A DNA stretch of 64,000 nt, from assembly GCA_963846225.1 (NCBI GenBank), contig CAWJVD010000002.1, forward strand, positions 32,891-96,890, given 5' to 3'. Below, piece by piece: positions 29,533-39,108 of this stretch. Each line of letters opens with the position of its first letter. The first letter of the stretch is position 1. The translations under genes were made by a program, and so were the position numbers. The DNA is from an uncultured Gammaproteobacteria bacterium. Lineage in GTDB: Bacteria; Pseudomonadota; Gammaproteobacteria; Steroidobacterales; Steroidobacteraceae. The notes under the pieces were generated by a model. It did no database searches. It was not told where the DNA came from and saw nothing but the letters and a program-made list of their open reading frames with translations.

Positions 29533-30501
29533 ATGAACGCACCGCAACTGACGCGCAGACAGTTACTCGTGAGCGGCATGGTGGGAATGGCAGGCCTCCT
29601 GTCGAGCGGCGCTCCGGTGCGCGCGCGGGGAGCGCAGGGAGCGGCGTCCGCGGCGGCGGCAGGCACGCTGGGCATCGGCGGTGACCTGCGAGTCAATCGC
29701 ATGGGATTCGGCGCCATGCGCATCACCGGTCCCGGCATCTGGGGCGAGCCGAAGAATCCGGCCGAGGCCCGGCGGGTGCTGCGCCGCGCCGTGGAGCTGG
29801 GCGTCGATTTCATCGACACCGCGGACGCCTACGGCCCCGAGGTCAGCGAACGGCTGATCGCCGAAGCGCTGCATCCTTATCCCAAGGGGCTCGTCATCGC
29901 GACCAAGGGGGGCCTCGTGCGCCCGCAGGCCTCCGAGTGGGTGAGGGACGGCCATCCCGCGCACCTGCGCGCAGCGTGCGAGGCGAGCCTCAAACGCCTC
30001 AAGCTCGAGCGCATCGACCTGTACCAGTTGCACCGGATCGATCCGAACGTGCCGGCGGAGGAGTCGCTCGGGGAGCTGGCGCGATTGCAGCGCGAAGGCA
30101 AGATCCGCCACGTGGGTTTATCGCAGGTGAACGTCGATGAGCTGGCCGCGGCCCGCCGCATCGTGCCGATCGTCGCGGTGCAGAACCGCTACAACGTCTC
30201 CGACCGCTCCTCGGCGGAGGTGCTCGCAGTTTGCGAGCGCGAGCGGCTGGCGTTCATTCCCTGGGCACCGATCGCCGGTGGCTCGACGGATAAGCTCGAA
30301 GCCGGTGCCGGCAGCCAGGGCCTCGAGGCCGTGGCAAAAGCCCACGGCGTGAGCGTGTGGCAGGCGGCGCTTGCCTGGCTGCTGGCGAAGTCGCCGGCGA
30401 TGTTGCCGATTCCCGGGACCTCCTCGCTGGCGCATCTCGAGGAGAACGTCGCAGCCGCGGGGGTGAAGCTGCGTGCAACGGAGCTCGCGGCGATCGGTTG
30501 A
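29533..30501 (+). CDS. aldo/keto reductase with a Tat-type signal peptide
   Basis: The N-terminus MNAPQLTRRQLLVSGMVGMAGLLSSGAPVRA has a twin-arginine motif. AKR motifs include GVDFIDTADAYG and LGELARLQREGKIRHVGLS. Confidence 0.8.
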   Translation: MNAPQLTRRQLLVSGMVGMAGLLSSGAPVRARGAQGAASAAAAGTLGIGGDLRVNRMGFGAMRITGPGIWGEPKNPAEARRVLRRAVELGVDFIDTADAYGPEVSERLIAEALHPYPKGLVIATKGGLVRPQASEWVRDGHPAHLRAACEASLKRLKLERIDLYQLHRIDPNVPAEESLGELARLQREGKIRHVGLSQVNVDELAAARRIVPIVAVQNRYNVSDRSSAEVLAVCERERLAFIPWAPIAGGSTDKLEAGAGSQGLEAVAKAHGVSVWQAALAWLLAKSPAMLPIPGTSSLAHLEENVAAAGVKLRATELAAIG

Positions 30502-30544
30502 TTTGCAAACCCGCGCTCGCCGCGCGCTCCTGACCGTGGCGTTC

Positions 30545-30913
30545 CTAGCCGTGCCGCACGCGCGCGCTGTAGAGTGCCGCAAGGCGCGGGCTGTTCACAG
30601 CGTGTACCGCCTGGGCGATGGCGCGCCTCTCGCAGGCTCTGGCAAGGCTGAAGGCCGTCAGATCGCGATAATCGACCTGGCTGGTGAAGCACACCTGGCG
30701 TGCCGCGGATACGATGCGAGCGTAGAGCGCGCTGGTGCCCTGCTCGTTGCCGAGATTCAGATCACCGTAACGGACCGTGACCGTGGGGAACGCGTCGGCG
30801 GGAGCGGCCGCCTGTGCGGCGCCCGAGGCACCGACGAGGAGGCATGCAGCGAGCGCCGCCAGCGCCGCGGACGTGCGCCGGTATTCGTTGAGGCGGGATG
30901 TGAGCGAATTCAT
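30545..30913 (-). CDS. UrcA family protein (small periplasmic protein)
   Basis: 122 aa from the ATG at 30913 with a signal peptide. VTVRYGDLNLGNEQGTSALYARIVSAARQVC and a second Cys are typical of the UrcA family. Confidence 0.6.
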   Translation of the reverse strand: MNSLTSRLNEYRRTSAALAALAACLLVGASGAAQAAAPADAFPTVTVRYGDLNLGNEQGTSALYARIVSAARQVCFTSQVDYRDLTAFSLARACERRAIAQAVHAVNSPRLAALYSARVRHG

Positions 30914-31082
30914 GAGACTCTCCGTTATGTTGGTTGGCAGGTGTTGGTCGCAGTGGTTTGTAGGCGTGACTATGAGACTACCGATGCGCATGCGCGCTAA
31001 GCCCCCGCGACGCGTGTTGATCCCCGCTGCCGACGTACTCGTACCGCAGCGCTCCAGCGGCGCCGCTCGTCTGCACACTCAA

Positions 31083-31110
31083 CCGCACGAGGAACGTTGC
31101 GGGTTTTTTT
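31083..31110 (+). terminator. orphan intrinsic-terminator-like hairpin with a T7 tract
   Basis: Stem CCGCA..TGCGG followed by G and TTTTTTT. Lies inside the 342-bp intergenic region 30914..31255. No annotated plus-strand gene lies upstream. Confidence 0.4.
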
Positions 31111-31255
31111 CGATGTTGCTCTGCTTCCGCGAGCTCGTCCCTGCGGCCAACGACCTCGTCCCGGATCCGGCGCCCGTGGCGCACCGGGAACGCTGTTGGA
31201 GGTACGCTAAGCGACAAAGCGGCTGTATTCGGCCGCGCACAGGAGATTGACCCGG

Positions 31256-32494
31256 ATGAGCGCCTCGCCCCTGGAGCGGATCGCACCGGCTATCGCCGCC
31301 CTCACCGGCGAGAGCACTGCCTCAGCACGCAGCATCGCCGCGGCGCAAACGAATTTCCGCCCGTTCCTCGGTGTGCTCACGGCGTTCTGGTGCTACGTCG
31401 CGCTCTCGAACGTCATGTACGCGAACAACATGCAGGCGAGCCTCTCGGTCATGAAGATCGAGCACGTGTTCGCGCCCTGGGACGCGCGCATCCTGCAGCA
31501 TCTCATGCTGTATCCGCTGTTCATCCTCTCGATGCGCGGATCGCTCCGTACCGGATGGCAGCCGCTGTGGCGCGCGATCCCGCTGCAGTTTTTGTGTGCG
31601 CTCGGGTTCGCCGTGCTCGCCTCTCCCGCGCTGGTCCTGGGCGAGTACCTGACGGCCCACTGGCACGGCAATGAGTGGAAACATGACGAGTGGGACAAGG
31701 AATGGGGCAGCTGGCAGGCGTTCTCCACGTACGAGATTCCGATCTGGGTCGCGAGCATCACCAGCTTCCTGGTCACCTACGGTTTCGGTCTGGCGCTGGT
31801 CATGGGCTTCGGCTTTTACCGGCGACTGAAGGATTCGCAGCTGCGCTCCGCGGCGCTCGAGCGGGCACTCACGCAGGCGCACCTCGCGGCGCTGCGCATG
31901 CAGCTCTCGCCGCATACGCTCTTCAACCTGCTGCACACCATCCGCGGCCAGATCACCTGGGATCCGCCCGCGGCGCAGGCCATGGTGGTGCAGCTCGGTG
32001 ATCTGCTGCGGCGGCTGTTGAGTGCCGGGGAGCGCGAGTTTTCGCGCCTCGCGGATGAGCTGCAGTTCGTGACGCTGTACCTGGAGCTGCAGCAGAAGCG
32101 CTTCGCCGATCGGCTCACCATCCGCGTGCCGCTGCGCGAGGACATTGCGCGCGCCTGGGTGCCCAGCCTCATCCTGCAGCCGCTGGTGGAAAACGCCGTG
32201 GTGCACGGGCTGGCGGGCCACGAGGGTCCGGTAACGGTCCGCGTGGAAGCGTACGTGAGCGGCGAGCGCCTCGCGCTGCGCGTGCTGAACACGATCGCTC
32301 CCGGCAAGGCCGTGGGCCTGCCCGGAATCGGCCTGTCGAATGTGCGCGAGCGGCTCGAGGTCCAGTTCGGCGAGCGGGCGACATTCACCGCCGGGCCGGT
32401 GGACGATGATCTGTGGCTGGCCGAGATCCGCATGCCGCTGCTGCGCGATGGGCCGGCTGGAGCAGCACGTGCGGCGGGGGACACCCACACGTGA
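31256..32494 (+). CDS. sensor histidine kinase, LytS/YehU family
   Basis: AGGAGA SD before the ATG at 31256. Multi-TM N-terminus. His_kinase motif LRMQLSPHTLFNLLHTI. HATPase_c motifs LQPLVENAVVHG and GIGLSNVRERL. Confidence 0.8.
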   Translation: MSASPLERIAPAIAALTGESTASARSIAAAQTNFRPFLGVLTAFWCYVALSNVMYANNMQASLSVMKIEHVFAPWDARILQHLMLYPLFILSMRGSLRTGWQPLWRAIPLQFLCALGFAVLASPALVLGEYLTAHWHGNEWKHDEWDKEWGSWQAFSTYEIPIWVASITSFLVTYGFGLALVMGFGFYRRLKDSQLRSAALERALTQAHLAALRMQLSPHTLFNLLHTIRGQITWDPPAAQAMVVQLGDLLRRLLSAGEREFSRLADELQFVTLYLELQQKRFADRLTIRVPLREDIARAWVPSLILQPLVENAVVHGLAGHEGPVTVRVEAYVSGERLALRVLNTIAPGKAVGLPGIGLSNVRERLEVQFGERATFTAGPVDDDLWLAEIRMPLLRDGPAGAARAAGDTHT

Positions 32495-33278
32495 TGGACG
32501 TGATCATCGTCGACGATGAGCCCGCTGCCCGGCGCACGGTACGCGAATGCTGCGAGCGTGAGCCCGACCTGCGAGTGGTGGGCGAGTACGGGGATCGAGC
32601 GCGGCGCTCGAGGCCATCCGCAGGCAGCCGCCGCAGGTGCTGTTCCTCGATATCCAGATGGATTCGATGACCGGCATGGCGCTGGCGCGCGCGCTCGACC
32701 CGCACACGCTCCCGCTCATCGTGTTCGTCACCGCCTATGATCACTACGCACTGGAGGCCTTCGAGGTCAGCGCCATCGACTACCTGCTCAAGCCCTTCGA
32801 CGAGGCGCGCTTCAAGGCGACCGTGGCACGCGTGCGCCGCCGGCACGAGGCGGCCAACGCCTTCGACCGCCAGGGCGCGCTCAGCGCGCTTCTCGAGCAG
32901 CTCGAGCGTGGAGCGCAGGCGCGCCCCGACGTCCAGCCGCGCGTGCTGGCCGAAGCGGGCAGCCGCATGCACATGCTCGATGTGTCGCAGGTGGAAGTGG
33001 TGGAGGCGGACCGCAATTACGTGCGCCTCATCATCGGACGGGAGATCTTTCACGCCCGCAGCACGCTGCAGCAGGCGGAGAAGTCGTTCCAGGCGCAGCC
33101 GATGCTGCGCATCAGCCGCTCCTGTCTCGTCAACATGCGCCACGTCAGGGAGATCAGCCGCACGCCGCGCGGGGATTTCATCCTGGTGGTGGCCGGCGGC
33201 ACCACGGTCACGAGCAGCGAGGGCTTTCGCGAGCCGGTGCGGCAGTATCTCGAGCGTCTGAAACTCGCTCCGGCATGA
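32494..33278 (+). pseudogene. LytTR family response regulator, one frameshift near 32590
   Basis: The start overlaps the kinase stop (TGATG). The receiver domain MDVIIVDDEPAARRTV is in one frame. VLFLDIQMDSMTGMALA...DYLLKPF and the LytTR domain (SCLVNMRHVREI) are in the 32637..33278 frame. Confidence 0.8.
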
Positions 33279-33375
33279 GGCGGCTGCGGTAAAGTCACGT
33301 CAGTGCGGGCCCACCGCACGGGACGCTGCATGAGCTCCGCCGCACCCGCATCACGCTGGCGCTCCCGGCGCTCGC

Positions 33376-34587
33376 GTGTTGACCGCGATCAATCTGCTGA
33401 ATTACCTCGACCGCTACCTGGTGCCCCCGCTGGTGCCGGAGCTCAAGGGCGCCATGGGCCTGTCGGATGCGCAGGTGGGCTGGCTGTGGCCGGCATTCAT
33501 GATCGTGTACACGATCGCAGCGCCCGTGTTCGGCGCCTGGGGCGACCGCGGCTCGCGCACACGTCCGATCGCCATCGGCGTGTTCATCTGGAGCCTCGCC
33601 ACCGTGCTCTCGGGGCTGGCGCGCAGCTACCAGCAGCTGTTCGCGGCGCGCGCCCTGGTCGGTATCGGCGAGGCGGCCTACGTCGCGATCGCCCCGGCGC
33701 TGCTCGCGGATTGCTTCTCTCTGAGCGCCCGCGGCCGTGTCTACTCGGTTCTCAACATGGCGATTCCCGTCGGCGCCGCGCTCGGCTATATCCTCGGCGG
33801 CCTCATCGGCCATCACTTCGGCTGGCGCGCGGCCTTCCTGGTGTGTGGCGCGCCGGGAGTGTTGCTCGCGGCCGCGGTGCTGCGGCTCCCCGATCCGCCG
33901 CGCGGCGTGCAGGACGTGCAGCGACCCGCATCGGGGAGCCTCCCGGCCGGCGCGCCGCAGGCGGGACCGCTGGGCGTGTACCTGAGTCTGCTGCGCCGGG
34001 CGCCGTACATGCTCATCGTGCTCGGCTACGCCGCTTACACGTTCGGTCTCGGCGGGCTCGGCTTCTGGATGCCGGTCTTCCTCGAGCGCGTGCGCGGCAT
34101 CCCGGCGGCCATGGCCACGACCGGCTTTGGCGCGATCGTGGTGGTGACGGGACTGGTGGGCACACTCGCCGGGGGATGGCTGGGCGACCGCAGCGTCCGG
34201 CGCTCGCGTCAGGGCTACCTGTGGTTCTCGGCCGCAGTCACCCTCGCCGCGGCACCGTTTGCCGTGCTGGCGCTCACCGCGACGCTGCCCACGGTCTACT
34301 ACGCGGCGATCGTGGTCGCGGAGCTGCTGCTGTTCATGTCGACGGGGCCGATCAACGCCGCGATCGCCAACATCGTCTCCCCGTTCGAGCGCGCTTCGGC
34401 CATGGCCCTCAGCATGTTTGCCATTCATCTGCTCGGTGACATTCCCTCGCCGCCGCTCATCGGCCACCTCTCGGATACCGGCTCGCTCGGGCACGCGGTG
34501 CTCGTCGTGCCGGTCGCGATCGCGGTCGGCGGATTCATCTGGCTCGCCGCCGCAGGCGCCGGCCGGGCCGCGCCGCAGGCGGTGTGA
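33376..34587 (+). CDS. MFS transporter (Spinster-like)
   Basis: 403-aa ORF with LTAINLLNYLDRYLVPPL, 12-TM-like. The 5' end is uncertain: it is either the GTG at 33376 or the ATG at 33330 in another frame, which would need a frameshift. Confidence 0.75.
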   Translation: MLTAINLLNYLDRYLVPPLVPELKGAMGLSDAQVGWLWPAFMIVYTIAAPVFGAWGDRGSRTRPIAIGVFIWSLATVLSGLARSYQQLFAARALVGIGEAAYVAIAPALLADCFSLSARGRVYSVLNMAIPVGAALGYILGGLIGHHFGWRAAFLVCGAPGVLLAAAVLRLPDPPRGVQDVQRPASGSLPAGAPQAGPLGVYLSLLRRAPYMLIVLGYAAYTFGLGGLGFWMPVFLERVRGIPAAMATTGFGAIVVVTGLVGTLAGGWLGDRSVRRSRQGYLWFSAAVTLAAAPFAVLALTATLPTVYYAAIVVAELLLFMSTGPINAAIANIVSPFERASAMALSMFAIHLLGDIPSPPLIGHLSDTGSLGHAVLVVPVAIAVGGFIWLAAAGAGRAAPQAV

Positions 34588-35171
34588 GCGCGCCAGTGCG
34601 GGCATTCGATGCATCGTCGTCGCCGGCGGCGCGGCCGCTGGCGCTGATGCGCAGGCCGCAGATCGAGGCGCAGCTGCGCACCGCGCTCAGCGCCGGTGCG
34701 GGCGCCGTGGGCGCGCACTGCATTCATGAGCTGTGGATGCGCGGGGAATTCGCCACCAACATCGAGGCGGCGCTCGCGGCGCTGTGGCGCAGCGCGGCGG
34801 CTTCGATCCCGGAATGGCTGCCGATGCGTTACGTGGAGTGGCTGTCCACGGTCTATGAGGTCGCCTTGAAGTTCACAGCTGCCCGCCGGGGCCGCTGCAA
34901 CGTCTACCTGGTGCTGCTCGACTTCGAGGATCGCAACCGCGGGCCGTACGGGCTGTACGTGGGCATGAGCCGCTATCCTCCCGCGCAGCGCTTCGAGCAG
35001 CACAAGAGCGGCATACACGCCGCCGGCAGCGTGCTACGGCGCGGCCTCGAGGTACTTACCGGACCGACGCTGCACCTGCAGCACATTGCGCGCGGCGACG
35101 CCCTGCGCATCGAGGCAGAGCTTGCCGAGGCGCTGCGCGATGCCGGAGTGCTGGTAGAAGGCGGACACTAG
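34584..35171 (+). CDS. hypothetical protein with a GIY-YIG-like C-terminal region
   Basis: The 195-aa ORF overlaps the MFS stop by 4 nt. The C-terminal NVYLVLL..YGLYVGMSRYPPAQRFEQHKSG..ALRIEAELAEAL resembles the GIY-YIG (URI) pattern. Start uncertain. Confidence 0.35.
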   Translation: MSAPVRAFDASSSPAARPLALMRRPQIEAQLRTALSAGAGAVGAHCIHELWMRGEFATNIEAALAALWRSAAASIPEWLPMRYVEWLSTVYEVALKFTAARRGRCNVYLVLLDFEDRNRGPYGLYVGMSRYPPAQRFEQHKSGIHAAGSVLRRGLEVLTGPTLHLQHIARGDALRIEAELAEALRDAGVLVEGGH

Positions 35172-35199
35172 ACGGCGCGGCGGCGCCCCGGCATCCCGC

Positions 35200-35379
35200 T
35201 CACTTCTTGTTGGGCACCTTTTTGCCTGCGCGACGAGCCTCCGACAGGCCGATCGCGATCGCCTGCCTGCGGCTCCTGACCTTCTTGCCCGAGCGGCCGC
35301 TGCGCAACGTGCCGCGCTTCATCTCGTGCATCGCGCGGCGGACCTTGCGCCCGCTTGCCCGACTGTAGCGGCGTGCCAT
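35200..35379 (-). CDS. small basic protein (DUF6496-like)
   Basis: 59-aa ORF below the ORF-track cutoff: MARRYSRASGRKVRRAMHEMKRGTLRSGRSGKKVRSRRQAIAIGLSEARRAGKKVPNKK. The KQAIAIGLS-ARRAG core matches that family as I recall it. Confidence 0.5.
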   Translation of the reverse strand: MARRYSRASGRKVRRAMHEMKRGTLRSGRSGKKVRSRRQAIAIGLSEARRAGKKVPNKK

Positions 35380-35389
35380 GGTCAGCGCC

Positions 35390-35542
35390 TCAGATCCGGC
35401 CCATGAGCAGCAACACCACGAGGATCAGCACGACCAGGCCGACACCACTGGAGGGGTAGTAGCCCCAGCCCGCGCTATACGGCCAGGTCGGCAATGCGCC
35501 AACCAGCGCCAGAACAAGAAGGATGATCAGGATGGTCCACAT
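35390..35542 (-). CDS. DUF3309 family small membrane protein
   Basis: 50-aa ORF MWTILIILLVLALVGALPTWPYSAGWGYYPSSGVGLVVLILVVLLLMGRI, preceded by a GGAGAGG SD. Has the typical GALPTWP..WGY motif. Confidence 0.6.
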   Translation of the reverse strand: MWTILIILLVLALVGALPTWPYSAGWGYYPSSGVGLVVLILVVLLLMGRI

Positions 35543-35871
35543 TTGTCCTCTCCTTGGCAGCTGCCGGGACGTGTCCCTATTGGTGAGTTTAGCGGCAGCT
35601 CCTGCCGCTCCGTTGTAGGAGGCGCAGATGCCTTGGCGTAGGAAACCGACGCGCGCGCGAGCCTCACGGCAGGCCAGCGGCCGTGTTCAGGCACAGCTCA
35701 GGATCGATACAGGCGCCAACACCCAACATCGATCCATGATCCTTCGTCGGGATTCCACGACACTCCTGACGTCAGACACTGCCGACAACGAAGCGCTGCA
35801 AGAGCCTCTGTAAAGCGCCCGGGCGGCGCGGCACAGTGCTCTCCCGAGCAGTAAACAGTGGGAAAGTCGCC

Positions 35872-37026
35872 ATGACAACACGTCATTCGCCACCATTGCG
35901 CAGCCGCACTCGCTGCGCGGCGCGGTCACCGGCGCTGACGCCGGCCTGGCTGCTCGCACTGCTGATTGCGGCCATCGCTCTACTGAGCGCCGTTTCGGCA
36001 AGAGCTGCGGAGATCGCGGTATCGATCAACGTCGCGCCGCCGGCGCTTCCGGTCTACGAGCAGCCGCCGATCCCGGCGGCGGGGTACATCTGGACGCCGG
36101 GCTATTGGGCCTATGGCCGCGACGGGTACTTCTGGGTGCCGGGCACCTGGGTCGAGGTGCCGGGCGCGGGATTGCTGTGGACACCGGGCTACTGGGCCTA
36201 TTCCGATGCCGACGGAGTCTACGTGTGGAATGAGGGCTACTGGGCTCCGCAGGTCGGCTTCTACGGCGGAATCGTCTACGGTTACGGCTACTTCGGCCGC
36301 GGCTACGAGGGCGGTTACTGGGAGAACAACCAGTTCTACTACAACCGTGCCGTGAACAACATCACCAACACCAACATTACCAACGTCTACACCAGGAACG
36401 TGACCAACGTCACGACGACCACGGTGAGCTATAACGGGGGTCCCGGCGGCGCGGCAGCGCGGCCGAGTCTGCAGGACGAGGCTGTGGCCCATCAGCCGCA
36501 CCAGCGGCCTACGCCCGTACAGACTCAGCACGTCAGGAGCGCGAGCTCCAACCGCGAGCTGTTCGCCTCGGCCAATCACGGTCAGCCGCCGATCGCGGCA
36601 ACTCCGAAGCCCAACACGTTCTCGGGACCGGGTATCGTGCGCGCGCGTAGCGGCGGCGGGGGTGCGGCTGGCGCGGCGGTGAGGCGCGAGGGCCCGCAGC
36701 CCAATGCCGATCCCCGCGAGCGCAGCACTCCCCAGGAGCGCAACGAGGCGTCGGCGCCCGAGCATTCGCGCCGCCTGGCGGAGGCGCCCGGCAGCGCGCG
36801 TCCCACGCCCGGGCACGAGCGTACGGCGCCGCAGAACGAGCGCCCGGCACCGGAGCAGGAGCGTGCGGTAGCGCCGCGCGAGCAGGCGCCGCGCCCGCAG
36901 GAGAGCCGTGGCGCGCCACCCGCTCACGGGAGCGCGCAGCCGCAGTCTCGCGAGGGCGGCCGGCGACCCGAGCCTCAACACAAGCCCGACAAGCCAGAGG
37001 AGAACGGCAGACCGCCTCAGCCGTAA
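35872..37026 (+). CDS. YXWGXW-type repeat secreted protein with a disordered Pro/Arg/Glu-rich C-terminus
   Basis: Signal/TM segment LLALLIAAIALLSAVSARA. Repeats YIWTPGYWAY, YFWVPGTWVE, LLWTPGYWAY and YVWNEGYWAP. An N/T-rich stretch is followed by a low-complexity tail. Confidence 0.65.
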   Translation: MTTRHSPPLRSRTRCAARSPALTPAWLLALLIAAIALLSAVSARAAEIAVSINVAPPALPVYEQPPIPAAGYIWTPGYWAYGRDGYFWVPGTWVEVPGAGLLWTPGYWAYSDADGVYVWNEGYWAPQVGFYGGIVYGYGYFGRGYEGGYWENNQFYYNRAVNNITNTNITNVYTRNVTNVTTTTVSYNGGPGGAAARPSLQDEAVAHQPHQRPTPVQTQHVRSASSNRELFASANHGQPPIAATPKPNTFSGPGIVRARSGGGGAAGAAVRREGPQPNADPRERSTPQERNEASAPEHSRRLAEAPGSARPTPGHERTAPQNERPAPEQERAVAPREQAPRPQESRGAPPAHGSAQPQSREGGRRPEPQHKPDKPEENGRPPQP

Positions 37027-37032
37027 CGTGAG

Positions 37033-38199
37033 TTGAAAGCCAGGGAAGGGATTGCGCCCGCGATCGCCGCAGACGATGCCGCGCCGGATCGCGGGCCAAT
37101 CCGCATCAGCTCAGTCGAAAGAGTCCGCGGCCGCGTGACCGCCCAGGCGCGCGCGCTCCACGCGCTTTCGCGCCCGCTGTGGATCATTGCACTGTGCAGC
37201 CTCATCGGCGTGGCACATCTGGGACGCTCGGCACTGGTGCCGCTCGCTCTGGGGCTGTTGGTGGCGTGTGTGCTTTCGGGCGTGGTGGAGACGCTATGCC
37301 GCTATCGCGTACCGCGGGGGCTCAGTGCCTCGGTTCTGCTCGTCCTGGTCTCCCTGGCGATCGGCGGGGTGATCGAGATGACCTGGACGCCCGCTCAGCA
37401 ATGGCTGCAAAGCGCGCCGCGGGTGCTGCGCACCATCGAGCACAAGGTGCGGCCCGCGCAGTCCATCCTGCGGCGGCTGGATTACATTGCCCAGCGCGCC
37501 ACCGCGCTGGCGAGCTCCGGCGGTGAGACTCCGGCCGCCGCGCCGCCGGCGCCCACGGCGCCGCCGCGCGCCCTGACGCCCATCGAGGTGTTCGCTGCCA
37601 CCGGCTGGGTCGTGGTGGGAACCGTGACGGTGGTGGCGTTCGCGCTGTTGCTGCTGATCGCGGGTCCTCCGACGCTGGCGCGCACGGCTGCTGCGCTGGC
37701 GGCGGATCTGCGCGCCGTTCATGTGCTCGAGATCATCGAGGCGATCCGGCTCGAGGTCGGGCGGTACTACGGCATGATGCTGCTGATCAACCTGGTCTTC
37801 GGCGCCGTCGTGGCAGGGGTCATGGGGCTGCTCGGCATGCCAAACCCCGTGCTGTGGGGCGCGATCGCCGGGGTGCTCAACTTCATTCCGTATCTCGGCT
37901 CGGCCACCACGTGCGCGATCGTGACCGTGGTCGCGCTGGTGACCTTCGCCACGTTGGGGCAGGTGCTGCTGGTGGCCGGCAGTTATGTCGCGCTCGCGAC
38001 CGTGGAAGGGCACGTGGTCGAGCCGCTCGTCGTCGGCAGGCGCCTCGATCTGAATCCAGTCGTCGTGCTGGCGGCGCTGTGGCTCGGCGGCTGGCTGTGG
38101 GGCATAGCGGGAGTGGTGCTGGCGCTGCCTGCGCTGGTCGCGGTGAAGATCGCGCGCCGCATGTCAGGCCGCGCCGACCGCCCGCCCGTGTTTCCCTAG
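37033..38199 (+). CDS. AI-2E family transporter (PerM/YhhT-like)
   Basis: 388-aa ORF with multiple TM segments and the signature GVLNFIPYLGS. The TTG start is uncertain. Confidence 0.7.
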   Translation: MKAREGIAPAIAADDAAPDRGPIRISSVERVRGRVTAQARALHALSRPLWIIALCSLIGVAHLGRSALVPLALGLLVACVLSGVVETLCRYRVPRGLSASVLLVLVSLAIGGVIEMTWTPAQQWLQSAPRVLRTIEHKVRPAQSILRRLDYIAQRATALASSGGETPAAAPPAPTAPPRALTPIEVFAATGWVVVGTVTVVAFALLLLIAGPPTLARTAAALAADLRAVHVLEIIEAIRLEVGRYYGMMLLINLVFGAVVAGVMGLLGMPNPVLWGAIAGVLNFIPYLGSATTCAIVTVVALVTFATLGQVLLVAGSYVALATVEGHVVEPLVVGRRLDLNPVVVLAALWLGGWLWGIAGVVLALPALVAVKIARRMSGRADRPPVFP

Positions 38200-38972
38200 C
38201 GCGTGACGAAAGCGCGCTCGATCAGGTAATCGCCGGGCGCGCCGATGTGCGGTGAGATCGTAAACCCGCGCGCATCGAGCAGAGCACGGATGTCGGCGAG
38301 CATCGCAGGACTTCCGCATACCATCACGCGATCGGCCGCCGGGTCGAGAGGCGGCGCAGCGAGGTCGCGCGACAGGCGGCCCGACTCGAGCAGCGTCGTG
38401 AGGCGGCCCCGGTTAACGTGCGGCTCGCGGGTGACGGTGGGGTAATACCGCAGCCTGGCGCGCACCTCGGCACCGAGCAGCTCGTGGTCCTTCAGCATCC
38501 CGATCTGGTGACGCACGACAGCCGTCTCCCTCGCCCAGCGCACGCCATGCACGAAGATGACCTGCTCGAAGCGCTCGTACAGCTGCGGGTCCTTGATGAT
38601 GCTCATGAACGGCGCGGCACCCGTGCCGGTGCTGAGCAGGTACAGCCGCGTCCCCGGCCTGAGATCGGCAAGCAGCAGCGTCCCGGTGGGCTTGCGACTG
38701 ACGAGGATCTCATCTCCCGGCTGCAGGTGCTGCAGGCGCGAGGTGAGCGGACCATCGGGCACTTTTATGCTGAGGAACTCCAGATGCTCATCGTGGTTCG
38801 CGCTCGCGATGCTGTAGGCGCGCAGGAGCGAGCGTTCGCCCAGGGCGAGCCCCAGCATGACGAACTGGCCGCTCTCGAAGCGCAGCCCGCGATCGCGCGT
38901 CGTGCTGAAGGTGAACTGCGTGTCCGTCCAGTGACGCACCGCGAGGACGCACTCGCTGCCGATCGCCGCCAA
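38196..38972 (-). CDS. fpr: ferredoxin-NADP(+) reductase
   Basis: 258-aa ORF with motifs FESGQFVMLGL, RAYSIAS, LYLLSTGTGAAPF and MVCGSPAM. Confidence 0.85.
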   Translation of the reverse strand: MAAIGSECVLAVRHWTDTQFTFSTTRDRGLRFESGQFVMLGLALGERSLLRAYSIASANHDEHLEFLSIKVPDGPLTSRLQHLQPGDEILVSRKPTGTLLLADLRPGTRLYLLSTGTGAAPFMSIIKDPQLYERFEQVIFVHGVRWARETAVVRHQIGMLKDHELLGAEVRARLRYYPTVTREPHVNRGRLTTLLESGRLSRDLAAPPLDPAADRVMVCGSPAMLADIRALLDARGFTISPHIGAPGDYLIERAFVTR

Positions 38973-39108
38973 GATGGAAGCCTCCGGGAGATATCGTGGC
39001 GGAAATGGTATCTGCCGCGACCGGGCCCGTTGGATGTTTCCGGAGATGGGCTCATAAGCGCTCGTTATGAGGCAGAGGGGTTAAACTCGCAGGCAAAGGG
39101 GGCCGCGT

